From: Paraconexibacter sp.
Lineage (GTDB): Bacteria; Actinomycetota; Thermoleophilia; Solirubrobacterales; Solirubrobacteraceae
NCBI RefSeq assembly: GCF_041602235.1
Contig: NZ_JBFIGP010000001.1
Location: 1-44,032 of the forward strand
DNA length: 44,032 nucleotides
Direction: 5' to 3'
Shown here: positions 1 to 7,675 of the stretch, piece after piece
Numbering within the stretch: position 1 is the stretch's first letter
How the letters are laid out: every line of letters begins with the position of its first letter
Made by a program: the position numbers and the translations under genes
Notes under the pieces: generated by a model
Told to the model about the DNA's origin: nothing
The model's database searches: none
What the model saw: the letters and a program-made list of their open reading frames with translations, nothing else

Positions 1-345
1 CTTCTGCTCCGGCGTGCCCGCCAGCGCGAGGATCTCGCTGTTCCCGGAGTCGGGCGCCTGACATCCGAAGGCGTTCGGCGCGAGCATCGACGAGCCGAGG
101 ATCTCGTGCAGCAGGCCGAGCTTGACCTGCCCGTAGCCCTGCCCCCCGAGCTCGGGATCGAGGTGGGCCGCCCAGAGGCCCTGCTCGCGGACCTGCGCCT
201 GCAGCGGCGCGTAGATGCGGTCGAGCTGCTCCTGGTCGAGCTCGTTGAAGATCGTCTCGAGGGGCCAGATCTCCTCGCGCACGAACGTGCGGGCCCAGTC
301 GAGCTTCGCCTGGTAGTCGGCGTCCGTCGAGAAATCCCATCCCAT
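1..345 (-). CDS. Acyl-CoA dehydrogenase, N-terminal part (runs off window edge)
   Basis: Not in the ORF track. Manual translation gives MGWDFSTDADYQAKLDWARTFVREEIWPLE...GLWAAHLDPELGGQG...FGCQAPDSGNSEILALAGTPEQK, typical of an ACAD N-terminal domain. The ATG overlaps the tenA stop (TGATG). Confidence 0.9.
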   Translation of the reverse strand, partial: MGWDFSTDADYQAKLDWARTFVREEIWPLETIFNELDQEQLDRIYAPLQAQVREQGLWAAHLDPELGGQGYGQVKLGLLHEILGSSMLAPNAFGCQAPDSGNSEILALAGTPEQK

Positions 346-1019
346 CAGCGCATCATCCCACCAACGTCCCAGAAGGCCAGTTCGAGCCGGGAGGATTCCA
401 GGAACGCGGCCACCATCCGTTCGCGTGCCGCGGGACCCGCGTCCTGGGCCAGTCGGTCGACGAGATCCCGACACCATGCGCCCAGCTCGGCGAATCCGGG
501 ATCGGCGTACGTGGCGATCCATCGGTCCAGATGGGCCCGGCCCGTCCCGTCGGCGCCCACCGACGCGGCGAGCCGCCGGCCGATCTCGGCGTACCCCCAC
601 ATGCACGGCAGGAGCGCGGCCGCGAGCTCGGCGACATCGCCGAGCGTCGCGGTTCGCAGCAGGAAGTCGGTGTAGGCCCGCGTGAGCGGGTCGGGACGCT
701 CGGCGGCGAGCTCCTCGGCGCTGACGCCGATCTCGGCGGCGAACGCCCGGTGCAGCTCCATCTCCTCGCCGAGGATCGCCTGCGTCAGGTCCGCGAACCG
801 CCGCATGGTCGTCACGTCCGGCGCCCGCGCCGCGCCGAGCGCCAGGAGCCGCGCGTAGTCGACCAGGAACAGGTAGTCCTGCCGCACGTAGCGCGCGAAC
901 GCCTGCGGGTCGACCGTCCCGTCGCCGATGCCGCGCACGAAGGGATGGGCGTGCTGCTGCGCCCAGATCGCGTCGGCCTCGGACCTCAACGAGGCCGAGA
1001 ACGTCTCGTGGGCGCTCAT
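345..1019 (-). CDS. tenA: Thiaminase II / TenA family protein
   Basis: Motifs HPFVRGIGDG, YVRQDYLFL, LLPCMWGYAEIG (catalytic Cys), WIATY and ELAFW. Start trimmed to MSAHETF (ATG 1019), which overlaps the S8 stop (ATGA). Confidence 0.92.
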   Translation of the reverse strand: MSAHETFSASLRSEADAIWAQQHAHPFVRGIGDGTVDPQAFARYVRQDYLFLVDYARLLALGAARAPDVTTMRRFADLTQAILGEEMELHRAFAAEIGVSAEELAAERPDPLTRAYTDFLLRTATLGDVAELAAALLPCMWGYAEIGRRLAASVGADGTGRAHLDRWIATYADPGFAELGAWCRDLVDRLAQDAGPAARERMVAAFLESSRLELAFWDVGGMMR

Positions 1020-2716
1020 CTCCTCTTCCGCGGGACGCGCACGCGCGCATCCGGCTTCTTCGGCGCGGCCTCGCGGTTGCCGGCCTTGTCCACCGCGATC
1101 GTCCAGAAGTCGTAGCGGCTGCCCGCCTTGACCTTCAGCGTGAGCTTCCTCTTGGTCGAGCTCCTGAGCTTGCGCGGCTTGCGACCGTTGGCGGCTCGCC
1201 AGATCTCGACCCGGCGCAGACCGCTGGCCTTGAGCGGCTTGGTGGCCTTGTCCGACGCCGTCCAGCGCAGCGTGATCCGGCCCTTCTTCGGCTTGGCCGG
1301 GCGCCGGAGCTTGGATCTCGGGGGCCGGAGGTCGACCCGCTGAGCCTGCTTGACCGCCTCCCCCGCGTTCAGGATGCCCCAGCCGAGATCGGCGGTCCAT
1401 CCCGTCCCGGACGGACGGCTGGCGGTCGCCTTGAGCAGGCGGACCACCCCGAGCCCGGGGATGTCCGGGTTGACGTCGCGCACCAGCGCCGCCGTGGCGG
1501 CCACGATCGGCGCGGCCATCGACGTGCCCTGCAGGTAGGCGTAGCGGGCATCACCGGCGAGCGCGGCGCGACACCCGCACGCCGGCTGGAACAGACCTCC
1601 GCGCTCCAGCGACGTGGTCTGCCCCGGGAACGCGCCGAACAGACCGGGTGGCCCTCCGCTGACGTTGTAGGCCCCGTACGCCGCCAGGGAGATCTGGCTC
1701 CCGAGGCCCGCGAAGTTGGCACGGCGGTCGGCGAAGTTCGCCGCGGTCACGGACAGGCCACGTCCGGCGGTGATGTCGGGTCCGGTCCCGGTCGGCTGCA
1801 GCACGTTGCTGGGATCGCCCTGCTCCTGCACCGGCTCGTCCGCCGCCGCCGCCACGAGCACGACGTCACGCTCGACCGCGTAGTCGATCGCGTCGACGAG
1901 CGTCCGCGGCGCCGCCTGGCTCCCGTCGGTGCCGAAGCTCATGTTGATCGCCTGGGCGCCCGCGTCGGTGGCGGCGATGATGCTGCGGGCGACGCTGCTG
2001 TCGGACAGGTCGGTCTTGTACACGAGGAGCTTGCAGCCGAACCCCGCGCCGACCAGCCCGACGCCGTTGTCGCCGGCGCCACAGGCGAGGGACGCGACGT
2101 GCGTCCCGTGGCCGATCTCGTCCGTCGTCGCCGTCCCGCCACCCGAGGCGTCGTCGTCGACGGCGACCGTGATCCGGCCGGTGAGGTCCGGGTGGTTGCC
2201 GTCGATCCCCGTGTCGATGATCGCGACGCGAGCGTCGACCCCGCGGGTCACGTCCCACGCGGAGAACAGCCCGGTCCGCGCCGCCCACCACTGCAGCGAC
2301 GTGTCCGGGGCGGTAGCCCGCGGCTCCGGCGTGCTCAGCGTGGGGTCGTTGGGCACGTAGCGCAGCTCGTGCCGTCGCTCGGCCTCGACGCGCTCGACGC
2401 CTGGCTGGGACCGCAGCTCGGCGGCGAACGTGCTCAACCGGACGCCCGGCGGCGGCGCGAGCACCTCGGTGTCGAGCTGGGGGATCGCGGGCCGCGCGCG
2501 GCGCCCGCCCGTCCGTCGGAGCAGCGACCTCGCTGCCGAGGCCTGCGCCTTCGGCGTCCCCGCGACGTCGGACTCGAGCGTGACCAGCAGGCGGCCCGTG
2601 GTCGCCGTCGCCCCGTGCGCCGGCGAGGGGATCGGGCCCGCGACGGCGCACGCACATGCGACGACCAGAGCGGAAGAGACCCGGCCGATCCCGAGCGTGC
2701 GCGACGTGGCCCTCAT
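1016..2716 (-). CDS. Secreted subtilisin-like S8 serine peptidase with propeptide and basic C-terminal beta domain
   Basis: Signal peptide; catalytic triad motifs IIDTG, HGTHVAS and GTSMAAP; C-terminal Lys/Arg-rich FN3-like segment ending AVDKAGNRE. Confidence 0.92.
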   Translation of the reverse strand: MRATSRTLGIGRVSSALVVACACAVAGPIPSPAHGATATTGRLLVTLESDVAGTPKAQASAARSLLRRTGGRRARPAIPQLDTEVLAPPPGVRLSTFAAELRSQPGVERVEAERRHELRYVPNDPTLSTPEPRATAPDTSLQWWAARTGLFSAWDVTRGVDARVAIIDTGIDGNHPDLTGRITVAVDDDASGGGTATTDEIGHGTHVASLACGAGDNGVGLVGAGFGCKLLVYKTDLSDSSVARSIIAATDAGAQAINMSFGTDGSQAAPRTLVDAIDYAVERDVVLVAAAADEPVQEQGDPSNVLQPTGTGPDITAGRGLSVTAANFADRRANFAGLGSQISLAAYGAYNVSGGPPGLFGAFPGQTTSLERGGLFQPACGCRAALAGDARYAYLQGTSMAAPIVAATAALVRDVNPDIPGLGVVRLLKATASRPSGTGWTADLGWGILNAGEAVKQAQRVDLRPPRSKLRRPAKPKKGRITLRWTASDKATKPLKASGLRRVEIWRAANGRKPRKLRSSTKRKLTLKVKAGSRYDFWTIAVDKAGNREAAPKKPDARVRVPRKRR

Positions 2717-2792
2717 GTCACTCCGGAAACCGCGAAGAGAGGCGGGGTTGCGGCCTGCCGTCGCAGAAGCGGCCGCGGGACACGGGACCGCT

Positions 2793-3089
2793 CTAGTACC
2801 CGAGCGCGAACTTCGCGTCTTCGCTCATGCGATCCGGCGTCCACGGCGGCGCGAAGGTCATCTCCGACTCCACCGACGTCACGCCGTCGAGCTCGCTGAC
2901 GAACTCGTCGATCTGCTCCATCACCTGCGGGCCGATCGGACATCCCGGCGACGTGAGCGTGAACGTGACGTGCACGTGGCCGTCGTCGATCGACACGCCG
3001 TAGATGAGCCCCAGCTCCATGAAGTCGAGCCCCAGCTCGGGATCGATCACGTTCGCCAGGGCGGCCTCGACGTCGTCAACGGTGACCAT
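2793..3089 (-). CDS. Metal-sulfur cluster assembly factor (DUF59, SufT/PaaD-like)
   Basis: VIDPELGLDFMELGLIYGV, TLTSPGCP and PPWTPDRMS are hallmark DUF59 motifs. Confidence 0.95.
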   Translation of the reverse strand: MVTVDDVEAALANVIDPELGLDFMELGLIYGVSIDDGHVHVTFTLTSPGCPIGPQVMEQIDEFVSELDGVTSVESEMTFAPPWTPDRMSEDAKFALGY

Positions 3090-3186
3090 CGGGCCAGTCT
3101 AGCGACCCGGGCCAGGCGCTCCTTCGACGCACGCACGTCTCGGCGCCGGTTGAGACCGGGGCCCTTCAGGAGTACGGTCGCCGTCC

Positions 3187-3495
3187 GTGGTGCTCTTCCG
3201 CGACCACCCCCCATGCCTGATGTGCTCGGGCGACGAGGACCGCTCGACCCAGAGCCGTCGTCGGCGCGCCCTCTCCCGCGCGTTGCGGGCCAAGGACTCC
3301 GTCACCGTGGACCTCACGCAGCTCACCTGGGCGGACGCGTCGCTGATGCTGGACCTCGCGATGGTCGCCCGACGGCTGCGGTCCTGCGGGGCCGGCCTGG
3401 TCCTCCGCGGGGCGCAGCCGCAGATCCAGCGGCTGATCGAACTCGTCGGCCTGCACCGCCTGCCGGGTGTGCAGGTCGTGCCGGCCGTGGCCTGA
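3187..3495 (+). CDS. STAS-domain protein (anti-sigma-factor antagonist-like)
   Basis: SGDED...VTVDLTQLTWADAS...LVLRGAQPQIQRLIELVGL matches the STAS pattern. TACGGT -10 lies 8 nt upstream. Confidence 0.75.
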   Translation: MVLFRDHPPCLMCSGDEDRSTQSRRRRALSRALRAKDSVTVDLTQLTWADASLMLDLAMVARRLRSCGAGLVLRGAQPQIQRLIELVGLHRLPGVQVVPAVA

Positions 3496-3542
3496 CCGCA
3501 GCTCGGTCCGCGCGGCCGCTCGCGTAGCCTTGCGGTCTCCTG

Positions 3543-4043
3543 ATGCCCCTGCTCATCCTCCTGTTCCTGATCGTCCCGATCGCCGAGCTGTACGTGATCA
3601 TCCAGGTCGGCCAGGCGATCGGCGCGCTGAACACCGTCGGCATCCTGATCCTCGACTCGATCGTCGGCTCGCTGCTCCTGCGGTCCCAGGGCCGCGCCGT
3701 GTGGCGCCGGTTCAACGATGCCCTGGCGGCCGGCCGGGCCCCCGCCCGCGAGGTCCTGGACGGCGTGCTCGTGATCTTCGGCGGCGCGTTGCTGATCACG
3801 CCGGGGTTCCTCTCGGACGTGTTCGGCATCCTGATGCTCGCCCCGCCCTCACGGGTGGTGATCCGGCGCATCCTGACCCGGCGCCTCACCTCCCGGGCGG
3901 CCTTCGTCGTCGCGGGGCCGGCGGGCGCGGCCGGCGCGGACGCCGCGATGCGGGCGCGCCGACGGCGACGGCCGGGCCGAGGTGACGACGTGGTGGACGG
4001 CACCGCAACCGAGATCGACGATTCCCCGAGGGAGCTTCCTTGA
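3543..4043 (+). CDS. fxsA: FxsA family membrane protein
   Basis: LFLIVPIAELYVIIQVG, LLRSQG and GGALLITPGFLSDVFG motifs. Confidence 0.93.
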   Translation: MPLLILLFLIVPIAELYVIIQVGQAIGALNTVGILILDSIVGSLLLRSQGRAVWRRFNDALAAGRAPAREVLDGVLVIFGGALLITPGFLSDVFGILMLAPPSRVVIRRILTRRLTSRAAFVVAGPAGAAGADAAMRARRRRRPGRGDDVVDGTATEIDDSPRELP

Positions 4044-4963
4044 CCGTCACCGCCGAGTCCGAGCAACCACGTCCGGCCCAGGGCGTCGCCTTCAGCGATG
4101 CCGTGACCTTCGCGTTCGGGGACCCGGCCGCCGACGTCTACGGGATCGCCCGCGTCGGCCTGTCCCCCGGCGAGGACGGGGACCCGCAGGGCAGCGGGCT
4201 CGCGATGCTCTTCAGCGGCCGCGAACCCGTCGCCGTGCGAGCGGCCGGGGGCATCCCGGTCGGTACGGCCGACTGGGCCGCCGTGGACGCGGCAGGGGTG
4301 CGCACGACGACGGTCGAGCCGCTGAGCACCTGGACGATCGCCTTCCAGAGCGAGGACGGCACCACCTCGTTCGATCTGCGCTTCGAGGCGCTCAGCGATC
4401 CGGCGGTCATCGACGCGGATGGCGAGGCAGCCCGCGTCGGCGGCATGGAGGGCTACGAGCAGCTCTGCCACGTCACGGGGTCCGCACAGGTCCGGGGCGG
4501 CCGCCGACGGGTGGACTGCTTCGGGCAGCGCGGCCACTCGTGGGGCGCGCCGGATTGGGACCGGGTGGCGCTGGCCCGCACCATCGGCGTCTGGATCGAC
4601 CCCGAGCACGCGGTGACGTTGACCGCGATCCGTCCGTCGGGCTCCAAGCGCACGCACGCCGACGAGGCCATCGCCGCGAGCGTGTTCTCCGCTCCCCCGG
4701 AGGGGGCGGAACGGAGCGTCCCGGTGACCGTGGAGGACCCGCGGGTCACGACGACGATGGACGAGGAGGAGCGCCAGCGCCGCGCCGGCCTGGAGCTGTG
4801 GATCGATCCCGACGGGTACCCGTTGCGGGTCGCCGGCGAGGTCCTGTGCGGCACCTCGCTGGACCTCGGCCGGCTACGGCTCGACTGCGCGTTCTTCCAC
4901 TGGACGATGGACGGCCGCCACGGCGTGGGGCGCTACGACATCCTGCGACGGGTCGCCCCGTGA
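4040..4963 (+). CDS. Conserved hypothetical beta-rich protein (tocopherol cyclase/CrtC/AttH-like fold suspected)
   Basis: Coupled to both neighbours. YEQLCHVTG...GQRGHSWGAPDW resembles the G.RDHSWG.R motif of actinobacterial lipocalin-like cyclase-fold proteins. Confidence 0.6.
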   Translation: MTVTAESEQPRPAQGVAFSDAVTFAFGDPAADVYGIARVGLSPGEDGDPQGSGLAMLFSGREPVAVRAAGGIPVGTADWAAVDAAGVRTTTVEPLSTWTIAFQSEDGTTSFDLRFEALSDPAVIDADGEAARVGGMEGYEQLCHVTGSAQVRGGRRRVDCFGQRGHSWGAPDWDRVALARTIGVWIDPEHAVTLTAIRPSGSKRTHADEAIAASVFSAPPEGAERSVPVTVEDPRVTTTMDEEERQRRAGLELWIDPDGYPLRVAGEVLCGTSLDLGRLRLDCAFFHWTMDGRHGVGRYDILRRVAP

Positions 4964-5598
4964 TCCGCGCGGTCGTCTGCGACTTCGGCGGAGTGCTGAC
5001 GACGTCGCTCCACGACGCGTTCAAGGCCTGGGAACGGGAGTCCGGCATCGCGCTGGAGCACCTCGGCCAGGCGATGGTCACGCTGCACGACCGGGAGGGC
5101 GCCCACCCGCTCTACGAGCTCGAGTGCGGTCGCATCACCGAGGCCTCGTTCCACGAGCGGCTCGGCGCGCAGATGAGCGCCGACCTCGGGCGCCCGGTGG
5201 ACATGTCGGGCTTCACGGAGACGTACTTCCGTCACCTCCATCCCAACGAGGAGCTGCTCGCGCACCTGGGCGGCCTGCGGGCGCGCGGGGTCCCGATGGC
5301 GCTGTTGACGAACAACGTCCGCGAGTGGGAGCCGCGCTGGCGGGCCATGCTGCCGGTCGACGAGCTGTTCGACGTCGTCGTGGACAGCGCCTACGTCGGG
5401 ATGCGCAAGCCGGACGAGGAGATCTACCGGCTGACGTGCGAGCGGTTCGGCCACGACCCGCAGGCGTGCCTGTTCGTCGACGACTTCGCGCACAACTGCG
5501 ACGCCGCGAAGGCGGTGGGGCTCACGCCGGTCTGGCACCGCGGCGACACCGCCGCGACGATCGCGACGATCGACGCCCTGCTGCTCCCGGACGCCTGA
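4960..5598 (+). CDS. HAD family phosphatase (YihX-like)
   Basis: Motifs DFGGVLT, LLTNN, GMRKPD and FVDD. The GTG start overlaps the upstream TGA. Confidence 0.92.
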   Translation: MIRAVVCDFGGVLTTSLHDAFKAWERESGIALEHLGQAMVTLHDREGAHPLYELECGRITEASFHERLGAQMSADLGRPVDMSGFTETYFRHLHPNEELLAHLGGLRARGVPMALLTNNVREWEPRWRAMLPVDELFDVVVDSAYVGMRKPDEEIYRLTCERFGHDPQACLFVDDFAHNCDAAKAVGLTPVWHRGDTAATIATIDALLLPDA

Positions 5599-5608
5599 GC
5601 GCGCTGCG

Positions 5609-6064
5609 TCAGTTGTCGCTGCCGAGCCGGTCCCAGAGGTAGAGCTCGAGGCATTCGCCCGCGAGCTCCGTCGCCCGCTCGGGCGAGAGCCGAGGGAGGA
5701 CGGTCTCCAGCGCCTGCTCCTCGGCCACCCCGGCGTCGAACGCCTCCTCGCCCCGGAACCCGGCGGCGATCTTCAGCGCTTCGCGCCGGTTCTCCCCGAG
5801 GTTCGGGAACACGCCGGTCAGGAACTCGCGGTTGGCGATCGGCTGCCCGACCTCCAGCGAGGCGTGCCAGGCGGCCAGCATCGACAGGTCGTGCTCGTCG
5901 AGGTCCGCCACGGCCTTGGCGTAGTGGGAATCGAGGTCCTGCTCCGGGATCTCGTCGACCCACGCGCGGACCAGCTCTCCGAGGAGCTGGCGCCGAGCCT
6001 CACGGCCGACGGACTCTGCGATGACGCGAATCGCGTCCTGGGGTTCGATGAAGCAGAGGGGCAT
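5609..6064 (-). CDS. Hypothetical acidic, helical protein
   Basis: 151-aa ORF with natural composition and a GGAG SD-like sequence upstream. It fills the gap between HAD and the sigma gene; no family recognised. Confidence 0.7.
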   Translation of the reverse strand: MPLCFIEPQDAIRVIAESVGREARRQLLGELVRAWVDEIPEQDLDSHYAKAVADLDEHDLSMLAAWHASLEVGQPIANREFLTGVFPNLGENRREALKIAAGFRGEEAFDAGVAEEQALETVLPRLSPERATELAGECLELYLWDRLGSDN

Positions 6065-6155
6065 TCCAGCTCCCTGACGCTCGGGGGACGACTGACGCTG
6101 TGGAAGGTAGGTCGCACGTCGGACGGCATTTCGGTACGGACCCGTACGTTCCGGA

Positions 6156-6186
6156 CAGGTTTCCCGCTAGGTGCGGGAAACGCCTG
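6156..6186. terminator. Hairpin downstream of the ECF sigma gene (possible terminator)
   Basis: GTTTCCCGC-taggt-GCGGGAAAC (6159-6181), extended by CAGG/CCTG. Confidence 0.4.
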
Positions 6187-6247
6187 CGGGGCGCGCCGAC
6201 AGGCCTTTCCCGCAAGGAGCGGGGTGTTCGGCGCGGCCGAACGAGCG

Positions 6248-7606
6248 CTACGGCAACTCGCCGCTCCCGGCGCCGCGGTGCGCGGTCCCGCCGTGCCCGG
6301 TCCCGCCGACCGCGGTCCCGGTCCCGCCGACCCCCGGGCCGCCGGTCGCCCGCCCGTTCGCCTCGATGCGCCCGGGCTCGAACTCCCCGGCGGGAGCGGG
6401 CGCTGCGACCGAGGCGGGCGTGCGCCGGGCGGGGGCCGGGTCGCCGCCCGCTGCCCGGGCCCGCGCCCGGACCGGACGCGCAGTCACGGAGTGGCCGCGG
6501 GTGCCGCCCGCCGCCGACGAGCGCCCGGCGACGCGGAGCACCGCGGAGGCTGCGGACCGCGATCCCGGGAGCCCGGCGCTCGACGAACGCGTCCCGACCG
6601 TCCGCGAGCGTGCTCCGGGGCCGGATCGCGCGGCCGCCCGTTCCTCGACGGTCCGCGCGGCCGGACCCTGCGCGGCAGGACGCGCGCTGTGCACCGGCGC
6701 CGCGGTGGCCCGGGACGGCGGCTCGACCAGGCGGTCGACGGCCGCGACGCCACCGCTGGTCAACGCCGCGGCAGAGGCCGCGACGGCCATGCCCTTGGCC
6801 GACATCAGGGTCTCGGCCACCATCTGGACCCGCACGGTCGCCGACACCGCGCGCTCCTGCCACCACGCCACGAACCCCACGAGTCCCAGCGGCGCGATGC
6901 CCGCCATCGGCGCCTCGCGGTCGTGCATCGCGCGGACCGTGGCGCGGCAGGCCGGGCAGATCCGCAGATGGCGGCGGGCGCCCGCCAGATCCGGCGCGGC
7001 GGCGCCGCCCTCACGCAGGCGCTCGAGCGTCGGCGCCCAGCGCTCGCACCCCCGGCCGCTCTCCAGCAGCGCGAAGCGCGTCCGGGCGCGTGCCCGGCCC
7101 TCGGTCAGCGAGCGGTTGACCTTGGTCCGCGTCCACCCCAGCTCGCCCGCGATCTCGGTGTAGCTGAGCCCGTCGGCGCGCAGTCGCAGCGCCTGCTCCT
7201 CGCCGGGCCGGAGATCCTCGAGGGCCTCGGCCATCCAGCCCGCACGCTCCCGGTCCAGTGCACGGTCGTCGGGCGAGGCCTCGTGGCCCACCTGGGCGTC
7301 GAAGTCGTAGGCCGTCCGCGGAACCACCCGTTGCCGGTCGGCGCGCAGCGAGATCGCCTCGTGCTTGACGACGGTGTGGAGCCAGCGGTGGGCGCGCTCC
7401 GGATCCAGCCTGCCCGCGTTGCGGAGGAAGGTCTCCATGGCGCGCTGGTACGCGTCATGGGCATCGTCCTCGCAGAGCGAGTGCCGGCGAGCGGTCGCCA
7501 GGAGCGACGTCGCATGGCGCGCCAGCGTCGCCGCCACCAGGTCCTCCCCCTCCGTCCACCGTGCGGTCCTTGCAGGCGTCGCTGCCACGTCGGTCTCCTT
7601 CGCCAT
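6248..7606 (-). CDS. ECF (group 4) sigma-70 factor with fused zinc-binding anti-sigma motif, hydrophobic segment and low-complexity tail
   Basis: Region 2 DAHDAYQRAMETFL...RWLHTVVKHEAI; region 4 LRADGLSYTEIAGELGWTRTKVNRSLTEGR; then HLRICPAC (HxxxCxxC). Start could be 7606 or 7639. Confidence 0.88.
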   Translation of the reverse strand: MAKETDVAATPARTARWTEGEDLVAATLARHATSLLATARRHSLCEDDAHDAYQRAMETFLRNAGRLDPERAHRWLHTVVKHEAISLRADRQRVVPRTAYDFDAQVGHEASPDDRALDRERAGWMAEALEDLRPGEEQALRLRADGLSYTEIAGELGWTRTKVNRSLTEGRARARTRFALLESGRGCERWAPTLERLREGGAAAPDLAGARRHLRICPACRATVRAMHDREAPMAGIAPLGLVGFVAWWQERAVSATVRVQMVAETLMSAKGMAVAASAAALTSGGVAAVDRLVEPPSRATAAPVHSARPAAQGPAARTVEERAAARSGPGARSRTVGTRSSSAGLPGSRSAASAVLRVAGRSSAAGGTRGHSVTARPVRARARAAGGDPAPARRTPASVAAPAPAGEFEPGRIEANGRATGGPGVGGTGTAVGGTGHGGTAHRGAGSGELP

Positions 7607-7675
7607 CCGCGGCCGCACCCTGTGGCGGCCGTCCGACAACTCAGAGTCCGAGGCGGCGCCTGCTGTCGGAAACCG

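Noticed and set aside
6283-6335. Short CGGTCCCGCC repeats
   Set aside because: They encode GGTG low-complexity repeats in the sigma tail; no spacers and not an array.
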